Notes under the pieces: model-generated
Told to the model about the DNA's origin: nothing
Databases searched by the model: none
The model's input: the letters and a program-made list of their open reading frames with translations, nothing else
Translations under genes and position numbers: made by a program
Part shown: positions 25,488-37,754 of the stretch, one piece after another
Layout: every line of letters begins with the position of its first letter
Position numbering within the stretch: the first letter of the stretch is position 1
Source of the DNA: Squalus acanthias
Lineage: Eukaryota
NCBI GenBank assembly: GCA_030390025.1
Contig: CM059431.1
Span: forward strand, 144,338,001-144,402,000
DNA length: 64,000 bases
Direction: 5' to 3'

Positions 25488-25714
25488 CTGCAACTTTTCC
25501 AACAAATCCATCCGTGGAATGTCCTCCAGAATACGCGTTATCACACGCAAACGCTCTGATTCGCTCCGAAAATGTTTCTTGATCAGCTCTGCCAGTTTGC
25601 AAGCGTCAGCATTCTCGATTTGCCTAGCCGGGATTCCCTTATCTCCCAGTAATTGTCTGAAATTCTTCAGATCATCGGCTGACAGTTCCTTCAAATTTTT
25701 ACAGCTTGATCCAT
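25488..25714 (-). pseudogene. Pyrin-domain (PYD, death-fold) exon, frameshifted copy
   Basis: MDQAVKI-LKELSADDLKNFRQLLGDKGIPARQIENADACKLAELIKKHF..VITRILEDIPRMDLLEKLQ fits the PYD pattern; ATG at 25714; donor CAG|GTAATT at 25488; one base shorter than the 63867 copy (ATT TGA vs ATT CTG), giving a stop at codon 8. Confidence 0.85.
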
Positions 25715-26727
25715 GAGCTAAGACAATCTATTTCAAATGCAAAAATAGTGATGTATTATACTGCCTGACTATGATTCTGCTTTCTGATACAATGGCGTTT
25801 AAGAACATCAGAACATAAGAATTAGGAGCTGGAGTAGGCCATTCTGCCCTTCGAGCCTTCGCCGCCATTCAATAAGATCATGGCTGATCTTCTACCTCAA
25901 TTCCATCTTCCCTCCAGATCCTGAAATCCCTTGATTTCCGTAGTGTTCAAAAATCTACTGAACTCAGTCTTGAATATATTCGACGACTGAGCCTCCACAG
26001 CCCTCTGGTGTAGAGATTTCCAAAGATTCACAATCCCCTTGGTGAAGAAATTTCTTCTTATCACAGTGCTAACTGGCCGAGCACTTATCCTGAGACTATG
26101 AGGGTTTCTGAGGGTTGAAACTTGTAATTAGCAGTTAAAGTTTATACTTTATCCAATAGAAGTGCTTCGTTACAGCGCTCGGCTCTGTTGTGCTGCGAAC
26201 TTCCAGTTATCATGGAAATCTGCAATACATTAATCGAGACTGGGATGGAGCAGAAACTGACTCTTTACCCTCTGAGACCTGTGGTCAAGTCAAGATCCAG
26301 ACAGTGGGCTGAAGGGCTCCGCTCGTTGATGGGAGACTGGGTGGGGCAGTGGGACAGACACTGATCCTTCACGCTGTGGAACCTGGGGTCAATACCAGCC
26401 CCAGGCAGAGGGGATAATGGGCTCCTCTCTGTGATTCTGGACACGGTGGGTCAGACAATCTAATTTCACTCTCCAGTTTCCTCTTCCAATAGTACATTGG
26501 GATGTATTACATCCACCTCAGAGGATAGACGGAGAGTATATTTAAAAACTCATCAGAAAAATGACATCTCCGACAGTGCAGCACTACCTCAGCACCGGCA
26601 CTGCGAGTGTCGGCCGAGATATCGTGCTCGAGTCTTTAGGGTGGGATTTGAACCCACGACATGTCTGATTCAGAGGCGAGAGTCGCTACCCACTGAGCCA
26701 CGGCTGAGATCTACAAAGCAGGAAGAC

Positions 26728-27990
26728 TAATCAAAGAAAAATTATGTGCATGCAAGATCTTGGAGCTTGGTGGCTCACATTCCTCAGTAAAATGCACTCT
26801 CTTCGAGCAGGCCCATCTCGGTGCCAAGCTCCCAAAGCTTGAGATCGAGTCTCAACCTGAGAGAATTTAATTATGTTTTTACATATGATTTTAATCTGAA
26901 AAGAGAAGCAAAACAGCAAAAGCAGTTATTATGCATAAACCACATGAATAGACCGAATTGGTTTGCTTGCAAATCCTATCGGTTGGTCACAGTGACACTT
27001 AAAAAACACAGGACGAAGCAGTTGCTGAGATGACAACAACAACAATTTGCATATATATAGCGTCTTTAACTTAGTAAAACGTCTCAGGCGGCTTTACATA
27101 ATTCATGAAACAAAATTTGACACTGAGACACCTAAGGAGCGAGAGGGCAGGTGACCAAAAGCTTGGTCGAAGCGGTAGCTTTTAAGGAACGTCTTAAGAA
27201 GGAGAATGAGGTAGCGAGGCGGAGAGTTATAGAGAGAAAGATCCAGAGCTTATGCCCTAGGTAACTGAAGGCACGGACACCAATGGTGGAGAGATGTAAA
27301 TCTGGGAATGCGCAAGAGGCCAGAATTGGAGGAGCACATAAATCTCGGATGTTTGCAGGGCTTGAGGAGGTTCCAGAGACATTGAGGACGAGGCCTCGGA
27401 GGGATGTGAACACAAGGATGAGAATTTTAAAATTGAAGCACTGTCGGACCGGGAGCCAATTTAGGTTTCCAAACACTGGGATGATTGGCCCACATAACTT
27501 CAAATTTATGGAGGGTGCACTGTGGGAGGCCTGCCAGAGGAGCATTAGAATAGTTGAGTCTGGAGGTAACATGCCAAACACAAATATGGCTTACGGCATG
27601 GCCAGAGATTCACGACAGAGACAAACGAGACCCGATTGACGACACTGATTTCCTAATTCCAATTTAATACTCGGTATGGTGCGCGGAGGGGGGTGCGGGG
27701 TGGGGTTGGATTGACGTCTGTATCGTCGAAATTAAGCATCGCCTTGGCAGGGTTCCAACTGGGAAATGGGGGCGTTTTGTTTTACCAGCGAGAGATTATC
27801 CCCGCACGGTGTTTCGCCCTGCGTCTCGTCAAGTTGATACCTGAAGGGCAGATATTCCAGATGAAAATCTATCACCACCATCTACCCCTCCACCCACGCC
27901 ATGAGAATGTCAGGATTGTTAATACCAGCTGATACCAGAAATGAAATGGTATAACTATACGGAATGATCGAACAGACTCTTGCTTTGTGC
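26728..27990 (+). pseudogene. Hantavirid-like N fragments inside the duplication, split by an L2 (27035-27575); mirrored at about 61600-62855 (-)
   Basis: [74 protein letters not shown]. Confidence 0.6.
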
Positions 27991-28004
27991 TCTAGAAAGG
28001 ATAA

Positions 28005-28246
28005 TGATGCGGAGATGCCGGTGTTGGACTGGGGTGGACAAAATTGAGAGGTCGCACAACACCAGGTTATAGTCCAACAGTTTTATTTGAAATCACAAGC
28101 TTTCGGAGCTATCGATTGCTCCTTCCTCAGGTGCTTTGGCGATTCTGTATCTAATTTACATCACCTGAGGAAGGAGCAATCGATAGCTCCGAAAGCTTGT
28201 GATTTCAAATAAAACTGTTGGACTATAACCTGGTGTTGTGCGACCT
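28005..28246. mobile_element. Penelope-like hairpin (family A) with hammerhead motifs (+ copy 28160-28203)
   Basis: TSD ctctagaaaggataa at 27990-28004 and 28247-28261; empty site in the paralogous arm at about 61577-61591. Confidence 0.9.
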
Positions 28247-28707
28247 CTCTAGAAAGGATAAGGCAGAGAGATGAAATAATAGAGCTCATTATGAAAGTTT
28301 TTCCACATGGTAGACGTATAGAAGATGTTTCCACTTGTGGGGAAGACAAAGACTAGGATCCATCACCATAAGAGAGTCACTAATAAATCCAATAGGCAAT
28401 TTAGGATAAATCTCGTTTACTTATAGAGCGGTTAGATTGTGGAACTAACTAGCACAACGAGTTGAGGCGAATAGCATAGCTGTATTTAAGGGGAATCTAC
28501 AAAAACACATGAGGGAGAAAGGAATAGAAGGATATCTGATATGCAGAGATGAAGAATTGTGGGAGGAGGCTCGTGTGGAGCATAATCAGCTGCACAGACG
28601 AGTTGGGTGAATGTACTGTTTCTGGGCTGTAAATTCTGTGTAATTCTATGTACAAGGGGACTCGCTCCCACGCCCCTGGTTCCTACACTTTGGACTTATT
28701 TAGGGGT

Positions 28708-29727
28708 TGTGAACAGAAATGCAGTAGACAACAGGTACTGATGAAAGAATTTTGACTTTATTAAAATAAAAAGGCAACAAACTTAAAACACACTTAATAC
28801 TAAAAACACAGGTTGGGGAGCACACGGTACAGGCGAGGGAGAATGACAATATACCAAACAAAAACCTTATCCCTCCCAAAGATCTCACTATCTGGCTAGG
28901 TGTTTGGTTTCAGGAGATCAGGGATAATGCTCACCAACGAATCCTTGACAGGATTTTAGAGTCTATTGATTAAAAGATTTCGTAAGGCCCTTGTTGCTGC
29001 GAGGTGTCCGATGGTCACTGAGGCAGTCGCTCTGGTTGCTTCTTGTGTGATGGTCTGGATGTTGGCCTTCCTCCTCGTGGCTTGTGGTGGTTTTGCTGGA
29101 ACAGGGTGAGAGCTGTGCCAGCGTTGTCAGCGAGTCCAAAGCAGAAAGTGTATTTTTCGCGCCCAAAACCCCTTACTAAAACGGTTTCCTTTAGGTTGCA
29201 AATGAGCCCTGTTCAGTCCATTGTCTAGTTTTGGCGGGCTTGCCAGTTCCGATGGCTTTAGCACAGTGTTAAACATTTCCTGATCGTTTTCCGATTTAAC
29301 AAATCCTTATCTACGCGCCAAATCTCAACCCTATTGTCCTAGGTCTATTGGCGAGCTTTTAAATCTGTCCTGTGGATACCTGGTTGATTGATTTTTGATG
29401 AAGTACTAAATGTTTTATTGATTTCAAAAGAGGTCTTGGATTATTCATATTTCGATGTGTTGTGAGGCTTTTGGGTTTTGTCTTTTCCTCCTTGATAGCA
29501 AGGCCGTGTAAACACACTGCAGACAGTTTACTACACTGCCTAGCCACCCCCCGCTGCAGCCTGTGTGTCTGTGAAAGGAGGCTTTCCCAACAGTAAGATT
29601 CGAAAAGTCATTTTCCTCAGTGCTTTCTTCTTGTGATCTTTAAAAATGTCCAAAACTGAGGGTTTTACCTCAAATCACTTCACTTAGGGTTCTGTTCGAG
29701 TTTCAGGGGGATTTTGCGAAGCCTACA
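28708..29727 (-). mobile_element. Putative solo LTR
   Basis: About 1 kb non-coding, TG...CA ends, AATAAA near the 3' end on -. No clear TSD, so tentative. Confidence 0.4.
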
Positions 29728-30930
29728 ACTGCCGGCGTGGCAGTCGTGAGGAGAGCTGCACTGTCGTTGGGGCAACAACGAGTGAGAACTGCACTGTCAG
29801 AGGGGCAATACAAAGAAAATTCTGCGCTGTCGGAAGTGCATTACTGCAGGAGTGCTGCAATGTCGGAGGGGCAAAGCTGAGGCAGCACTGCACTGTCGGA
29901 GGGTAGTACTGAGCGAATGTTGCACTGCCGGAGGGACAGTACTGAGGGAGTGCTGCACTGTCGCAGTGGCAGTCGTGAAGGAGAGCTGAACTGTCGGAGG
30001 GGCAACACCGAGTGAGTTCTGCACTATCAGGGGGGCAATACAAAGAGACCTCTGCACTGTTGGAAGTTCAGTACTAAGAGTGCGCTGCACAGTCGGAGGG
30101 GTAGTACTGAGGGAGCGCTGCATTGTTGGAGGGACTGTACTGAGGCGGCACTGCTCTGTCGGAGGGGCAGTACTGAGGGAGCGCTTCACTGCCGGAGGTG
30201 CAGTACTGAGGGAGCGCTGCACTGCTGGAGTGGCAGTACTGAAGAGGCGCTGCACGATAGCGGGGCATTACTGATGTAGTGCTGCACTGTCGGAGTGGCA
30301 ATCGTGAAGGAGCCCTGAACAGTCAAAGCGTCAGTAGTGAAGGTGTGCTTAACTTTCAGAGGGGCAGCACCGAGGGAGCGCTGCACTGTTGGAGGGACTG
30401 TGCTATGGGAGCACTGTAGTTTCGAGGGCAGTACTGAGACAGCGCTACACTGTCGGAGGGGCAGTACTGAGGGAGCACTGCACTGCCGAAGGAACAGTAC
30501 TGAGGGATTGCTGCACTGTAGGAGGAACAGTACTGAGGCGGTGCTGAAATGTCAGAGGGACAGTAATGAGGTTGCGCTGCACTGTCGAATGGGTATTGTT
30601 GAGGGATTGCTGCGCTGTCGGTGGGACAGAACTGAGGGATGCTGAACTGCTGGACGGACAGTACTGAGGGAGCGCTGCACGATCGGTGGTGCAGTACTGA
30701 GGCCGCGCTGCACAGTCGTCGGTGCAGTACTGAGGGAGCGTTGCACTGTCGTAGGGGGAGTACTGAGGGAGTGCTACACCGTTGGAGGGGCATTACTGAA
30801 TGAAAACTTCACTGTCGGAGTGGCAGTCGTGAAGGATTGCTGCACTGTCGAAGAGGCAATACACAGGGAGATCCGCACTGTCAGAGGAGCAGTACTCAGG
30901 GTGGTTTGCACTGTCGGGGGGGCAATACAC
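29728..30930. repeat. 33-bp minisatellite derived from SINE internal sequence
   Basis: Unit gcagtactgagggagcgctgcactgtcggaggg; 11-aa periodicity; the same motif occurs once in SINEs (e.g. 26570-26600 on -, 62985-63015). Confidence 0.9.
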
Positions 30931-31920
30931 AAATGGAAGGAGCGTTTCCTCAGTGTGAAGACGGGACTTCGGCTCCTCAATGACTGTGCATTGGTCACTT
31001 CTACCAATGCTGTCATGGACATATGCATCTGCGACAGGTAGATTGGTGAGGACTTGGTCAAGTCTCACCACCTGTCGCAGGCCTAGACTGCAGTTATGTC
31101 CTTCAGGACTCAGCCAGCTCAGTCAGTAGTGGTGCTACCGTTCCACTCTTGGTAATGGACTTTGAAGTCCCCCACCCAGAGTACATTCTGTGCCCTTGCT
31201 GCTACTCTCAGTGCTACGTCCAAGTGGGGTTCAACATGGAAGAGGACTGATTTATTAGCTGAGGGAGGGCGGTAGGTATTAATCAGCATGGGTTTCCCTG
31301 TCCTATACTTGACCTGAAGCCATGAGACTTCATGCATTACGGAATCAATGTTGAGGGCTCCCAGGGCCACTCCTTCCCGACTGTATAGCCCTGTGCCGCC
31401 ACCCCTGGTGGGTCTGTCCTGCCGATGGGGCAGGACATACCCAGGGATGGTGATGGAGATTGAGAGATTGGCTGAAAGGTATGATTCTGTGAGTATGAAT
31501 ATGTCAGGCTGTTGCTTGACTAATCTGTGGGACAAGCTCTCCTAATTTTGGCACAAGTCCCGAGATATTGGTGAGAAGTGTCGTTGTCATGTCCGTAGCC
31601 GATGCCTAGTGGTCCGTCCGGTTTTATTCTTATTATTTTTTCTTGTAGCGACTTGTTACAACTGAATGGATTCCTAATTCTGTTGCTCTGGCGTCACATA
31701 CAGGCCAGAGCACGTAAGGATAGCAGATTTCCTAAAGGACATTAGTGAACCAGATGGGCTTCTACAAAAATCCGATGTTTAATAATCAATAATTACCATT
31801 ATTGATATTAGCATTTTATTCCAGATTTTTTCAAGTAACTGAATTTAAATTTATGCTGGATTAACTAGTCCAGTCTTCTCGCATTATTAGTCCATTAACA
31901 TAACCACTATGCTACCGTTT
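30930..31920 (-). mobile_element. LINE endonuclease fragment (CR1/L2 group) and adjoining SINE piece
   Basis: DIFILTESYL, IPGY..RQDR..GGG, YRPP and VGDF motifs. Confidence 0.85.
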
Positions 31921-31924
31921 CAGT

Positions 31925-32220
31925 ATGAAGCACATTCGCGCCTGCACAGGTGAATAGAAACAGGCGCACTGTGACAAGTACTTCTGTGAGCAACATGGTG
32001 ATAACATCGTTAGATGTAAAGGGAATTTGCCTGCTCTATAGACGTAAACTGGTATTAAATCCAAGAATTATTTCATAGAGGTATCTGCGCCAAGAAAAGC
32101 CTAGAAAACTTCGTCTTATTATCGTTTTTAATATTTTTCCAAATAATATTGCTAAAAAGCAGCAGGTTTGTTCAGTCACTAAGTATTTGTAGCCGCTCTT
32201 TCTTCACTGAGCCCTTTACC
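31925..32220 (-). pseudogene. Hantavirid-like N C-terminal fragment
   Basis: KPAAF*QYYLEK/KKSAFYQSYLRR; W...LG...LR spacing like [20 protein letters not shown]. Confidence 0.55.
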
Positions 32221-32224
32221 AAGA

Positions 32225-33880
32225 TACGAACAATGACGGACAGCTAAAAACCCTTTGGTCCATCCAGACTGTGTCACGCAATTGTGATACCTTGTGTCTC
32301 AAAATATATACACAATGCACCCGACGAGACGGTGGCCTGTTCCAGAGCTAAACTATTAGGTGACATCTAAATTAGATGTGATCTTAAACAACTTACAATG
32401 CTGACCCCTGGGCCTACCTAATCAAATTAATTGGAACAAAATGGCAGCTAGAACACAATCTATTCGCGTCACCATCTTATAAACCTCAATCAGATCACCC
32501 CAAATTCTGCACTTTTCTAAACTGTACAGTCCGAGCTCTTTTAGCCTAACTTGACACTAAGATGCTTTATACTGGGAATTAGCTTAATGTCCCTCCGCTG
32601 CAACCTTTCTAAAGCCTCAATATCGCCCACCATGTGAGGAGGCCAAACTGGACACAGTATTCCAAGAGAGGCCTGATCAACGTCTTCTACAAGGACAAAT
32701 TAATATGTCTTGTCTTATAATAAATTGTTCACTGTATGCTCCCCAACAACTTATTCTATCTAGCTATCACTTCACGGTATTGCTGGTGTACCTTTAAGGT
32801 CCGCTTGAAGCCGTCGAGCACCGTCTACAGACCAAACACTCGCACAGACGTCAGAATCATCTTCAAATTTGCAGAACGAGCCCCCAACGCCTACAACTAG
32901 ATCATTAATAAAAATAATAAATAACAACGGTCCCAACACTGATCCTTGCGGGACGCCACCGGGGCTCGTGCTCCAAACACATCCAAATCCATCTATAACC
33001 ATGTTTTTCTCTTCGTCCTTCCAGCCACTTCTCAATCCAGCTCAACATATCACCACCAATACCAGCGGCTTTGATCTTGTAGAGAACCCTCTTGTGCAGT
33101 AAATTATCAATAGTTTTTTGGAAGTCTAAGAAGACAATGCTGTGCTACTATTTTCCCGACCAGATTTGTAAGACATGACCTCCTTTTTTTGAAGCCATGT
33201 TGGGCGTTCCTAATTTGTCTATCCAAACAATCATTTATTGCATCTCTAATGATTCCCTCAAGCATCTTTCCTGGCACTGATGTCAAGCTAATGGGCCTAT
33301 CGTTACCAGGGTCACTCTTGTCTCCGTTTTTATTTAAAGATTGGGACTGCATTAGCTTCCTTCCAGTCTACGGGAACCATCCTAGAGTGCAGTGAACTAT
33401 GAAAAATACGGCTCGCACAGCACATGCCCCATTTCCCTGAGCACCCACGGGTGGATATCATCGTGCCAGGCTGCTCTGTCAACTTTCACATTAATAAATC
33501 TATATAAAGCAATATGTTCATCTATTTATATTATTAAAATCATTCCATTCTAATAGTCGAATTTCACCTTCAAGAATGAAGAGTGATACAAAGTGATCAT
33601 TTATTATTTCTCCAGACCCAGTGAGTCCGTTGTAATGTGACCTTGACCATCCTTCAATGGCCCAGTACAGCTTTTCACAGACTCTTCACATCACTGAAAA
33701 AAACTTCTCCATAACTTCCACAATTATCTACCATCATCTTTTCCATAAGCATTTCAGCTGATATAATAGCAGCCTTCGTTTTCTTTAGCAGCTTCTTAAA
33801 CTGAACTCTGTTTAGCTCAGTATTAGATGCCTTTAAATTTGTAAACATGTTTGATTACATCTTATTTGTCTTTCTCCTTG
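32225..33880 (-). mobile_element. Old CR1 LINE fragment
   Basis: RPISLTSVPGK, QHGF..SCLTNL and GVPQGSVLGPLLF..FEDD motifs. Confidence 0.9.
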
Positions 33881-33889
33881 ACACACTGC

Positions 33890-36632
33890 ACAATTGCAAT
33901 ACACAGAGTTCAGAGATTACAGAAGCTGCTGCAGCTGACCTGGGATTAATTGAATTAAATGTGTGGGGGAAAGGATACCAGTAACGCTGTATAACACCCT
34001 GAGGAACAAAACAATAGAAGTAATATTATCAAATAAATATAATATGTTAGAACCACAATAATAAATCAAACGATGCAGCTAGTAAGGTAAAGGTTCTATC
34101 TGGCAGTTGTCAGTGTGAGAACTTAACGAGAGAAAATCCTTTTGAAGCACTTCGAGGCAGAAATAGTCCAACATGAACCACGTGGTACAGGCAGATGCAG
34201 CCGATACCGTCGAGCAGTGGAAGTGGTCGTTGTTTGTAAGGACAGCTATATAAAACTAAACAGGTCTTCCAGCATAACAATCTGTGGTAGAATACTCAGG
34301 TTATATATCAGTGACCACCTTTTACTGTTCATAAATAACGTAGGTTCTTCAGTATCGGTGTTGTCGGATTAAAGCCAAACTCCTCTCCTGAAAGGATTTT
34401 TCCCAGAGGGATAGGGAAGGAGGGGAAGGTAAAAGTTTAACTATATTTGAAAAGCGAACTGACTATTCCAGAAAGCGCCGACTTTAGAACATCAGGTACA
34501 GGCGAAACTTTTTGGATCCAGTCAGTTCAAGGTAACAGTCATAAATTAATCCCTCAGACTTGTTACAGTCTCCAGGAGAAGGAGCCCTTTGTGACGAGGC
34601 ACTTTGAAAACAAATTATTAAATACACTGGACTGGGTCAAAGTGGAGGTGCCGCAGTAGACTAGCACTGGGCTAGCCCAAGGCGGGCTTTGCGCAATGGA
34701 ATAACATGCAGCAAGCTTCACAGCCATCGCAGACCCAGAAGCGAATCCGGGACTAGGACCCGTGCCTACACCTCACAATGGATCAGAAGCACAACTGCTT
34801 AACCACGTCGACACTGTTAGCAAACTGGGGTGAATTTGAAGTGAACAAGTGGAGTGACTGTGGGCTCGCCCAATGTGACCAGAACGAGAGCATCGCTTCA
34901 ACTGTTGCCTCCCTCAGGAGGAGAGCGCCACTCCTGTACGACTACAGAGTTCATCCACTCAACTAGATATGTGTACAAAATATGATTAAATCATTATCCG
35001 GTTTTAGTTATCTCTAATGCAATCAATGACCTGCTATAGCCATGAGTCCTGGGAAGGCCGTTGGATTGGGAAATGTCTGTATTTTGTGCAATTATAGTTT
35101 CCTGATATTTATTGGAGAACCATTGGTTGTAGATGCCACATCAGACGAAAGGTTTTTTGAAGTAATTAAAGATTGTGTCCCAACAGAGCGATTTAGTGAG
35201 ACTCCAAACGAAACAGTCGCACAGCACAGCAGGTGAGGATAGGGTGGCGGTCACAACAAATATAGGCTAAGAAAGAGCATATGGTCTGGACCCAGCCATT
35301 ACATCACGATCAAGTCATCAGCAAGACGGCAACAATTATCAGTCTTCTGCAAAGAGAACAGTCAAACCTTGAAAACTCCTCAGATTACAGAAAGTTTACG
35401 TCCGTCCAATCCTACCCAGTCTTCAAAGAGCCTGGTGCGCCCTGAGTCAGCCACACATCAAAGGGCCGCAAGTTATGGAAAACTGTGCTAAAAGGATAAT
35501 GTGATGTCTCCCATGCGATATTTGCTCAAACTCTCTGCACATCTATGGACTTTATAATGCTAGGTGGCCACATCCCTGCCAAACAGAACACGGGTCTAGA
35601 AAAGAATGTTCACTGAAAAAGAAACTGCAGGTGTGCTGACAAACAAAGGGATATTCAGATCTCGTGATTAAAACAATAAATAAGGAAACTATAATATCGA
35701 CCAATCAACAGCACTTCGGCATCAATTCAGCACAAGACTTAAGCAATACCAGACCAGCCCACACAGAAAATTATTCGTGACTACCATCTGGGGACTGGTG
35801 CTAACTTGTAAGAGTTCCCCCACAGATTGCTCAAGCAGCAGCCTGATACAGATTATATTTACAAAGGCAATCTACCAGCTTACTGCATGAGTTGCGAGAG
35901 TATTGGCAGGATGGAGTAACCTACTGGAACACATCTTCAATAGTGCACCTGTCTGAGACACGTCTGTAGACGATTGCGTTGATCGGTGTAACCACCACAG
36001 AATCCTTCAATTGACAAGGCCTGCCCTCCGCATTGAGAACACCCTCTATTGTGCAGTGGTACCAGTGAAGCAATAACTAATAGCCAGATACTGGGCGTCC
36101 ATAAGGTTTTGTGGACCCTTCACATTCGCAGAATTATACCCCACGACAATATCTGATCTCCTGACCTACAAGATCCTACAATGTACAGCCACTATAAAGT
36201 CAAAATTCCAACTATGGGTTTAATTGGGGAAATTAAATAACGTGACACCAACAAGAGAATTGGAACTGAGAATGATGCACTAACTTTGTGAAACTACAAT
36301 TAAGACCAAAATCGCCAAAGCAGCGTGTTGCAGATCGAGTTAAAACGTTCCATAGCCAAAGGATAAGAACTAAGCTTGCATTCTTTGCCATATCAATGTA
36401 TTAATGGGAGTGGCAACGGGAGATTATCAGGCAGGGGCAGGTCCAAGAACATCCCAGTGATCGAGACAAGGCTGCAGAGTTCGAAGCAGATTCAGCCAAA
36501 AATACAATTTTAACGATCAAACGTGGCTCCCAGCGTCAAGTCAATGGAGATCTCTCCACGTGACATTAGGAAGCGGTGGAACACACCTGCCACAGAGATG
36601 ATGATGGGTCCCAACAACATCCTAGTTAATTG
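33890..36632 (+). pseudogene. Uninterrupted 2.7-kb concatemer of several hantavirid-like N copies (one inverted piece at about 34235-34415)
   Basis: VWGK; LKHFEAEIVQHE/LKEVQDNITLHE; on - RRGVWL*SDNTDTEEPT/RYGNVLDVNSIDLEEPS; CLTTSTLLANWGEF/CPPTCLFIAGIAEL; RLQSSSTQLD/RTQSMGIQLD; ERAYGLDP..RSSHQ/ERAVELDP..KSTLQ; NVMSP; KAIYQLTA*/KALYMLTTR; WSNLLE/WSDRIE; YSHYKVKIPTMG/YQSYLRRTQSMG; K*RDTNK..DAL/KVRDAEK..DEL; RGR..QPK..SVKSMEISP/RGR..KPK..SMKAEEITP. Confidence 0.85.
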
Positions 36633-36879
36633 CATAAGAACATAAGAACTAGGAGCAGGATTTTCTGCCTTTCGGCCCTTCAATAACATCATGGCTCATG
36701 TTCTACCTCAAGTCCACCTTCTGCATTAACCCCATTTCTTTTGTTGCCCTCAGTATCCAAAAATCTATCTCTGCCCTGAATATACTCAACGACTGAGCAT
36801 CCTCAGACCGCTGGGGTAGATAATTGTATGGATACAAAGCATTTTGAGTGAAGAAATTACACCTCATCGCAATCCTAAA

Positions 36880-37750
36880 TACCCAGATTAATAGAGCCGG
36901 GATCCTAATTAATTAGATTTACACAGAGTTAGAATCGGGTCAAAGCAACAGCTAATGGTCGAAAGGGAGGGTAATTCAAAAACATTAACGTGTTGACTCC
37001 GAGAGCTCACTGTGCCCTTTCCACTGTTGTTTGATCCCAATAAACTAACAGCGATCTTTGTCCTTGCTATCTGTGCCCATTTATAGCCCAATAATAAACA
37101 TTTTTTATATTGAGCAATGAAATCTAATTGAGAAAACTGAACAGATTCCGGCTACAGAACGCAGTCCCTCTACAAGGTCATTTGAACCGCAGATGGACGA
37201 GCTGGCGGGAAATTTAGGCATTGCTGTCCCAGTTACTTTTAATTATTTGGGTAAAAGATCAGTTATTCATCAGAACAATTCAATCCGAATAAAACCGTGT
37301 CTGATTCATATCGATCCCAGCACCAGAGAACAGGGCGGGGAGGAATTCTACTGATCGGGCTTTAGGTCGGGTTTATCTCTGTGATTTGTAACTGAACTTT
37401 ACCCAGGGTGTTTTCATTAACCTGCAGAACCCACAACGCTAATTTACCCGGACTCTCTGGAACCAGAATCAGGAGCCGCAGCACAAGGTAAGGACCCAGA
37501 ATACACTGAGCATAATTATAGTATTTAAATGTATCGGAGAGGACTCATCAATTTGTTTATTTGTGTATGTTTTCAATGATATTGAAATGCTGTATTATCA
37601 ATTTTGAGTAAGGCAAGAAAGGATTGTTTATTTCAGAAATTAAATTAATGGAAGCAGCGCCATTTAATAGGATACAACCTCAAAATGGAAACTCCAACGC
37701 TAAAATTATACAGCTGTGAACAGTATTAAAACATATATTTTCCGTTTCTG
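36880..37750 (+). pseudogene. Endogenous arenavirid-like nucleoprotein (NP) copy
   Basis: IRFTQS*NR (36912-36938)/FRWTQSLRR; LYKVI*TADG (37168-37197)/LYKICLSGDG; QFNPNKT/QLDPNAKT; FTQGV/YSHGI; AQGKD/CQGSD (Lassa and Junin NP recalled). Confidence 0.75.
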
Positions 37751-37754
37751 ACAC

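Larger units (their letters stand above)
25582..28660. repeat. Inverted segmental duplication, left arm (partner 61177-64000, which runs off the window)
   Basis: Continuous reverse-complement match across unique DNA, SINE, L2 and CR1 pieces; roughly 90% identity by eye. Confidence 0.95.

Noticed and set aside
35720..36120. Phlebovirus N resemblance, and a VDD reverse-transcriptase-like motif
   Set aside because: Fewer and less well-spaced matches than hantavirid N; no other RT motifs.
37054..37500. Duplicated promoter plus non-coding first exon ending AAG|GTAAG (also at 40859)
   Set aside because: The block translates as arenavirid NP, and the apparent donor is the codons of the QG motif.
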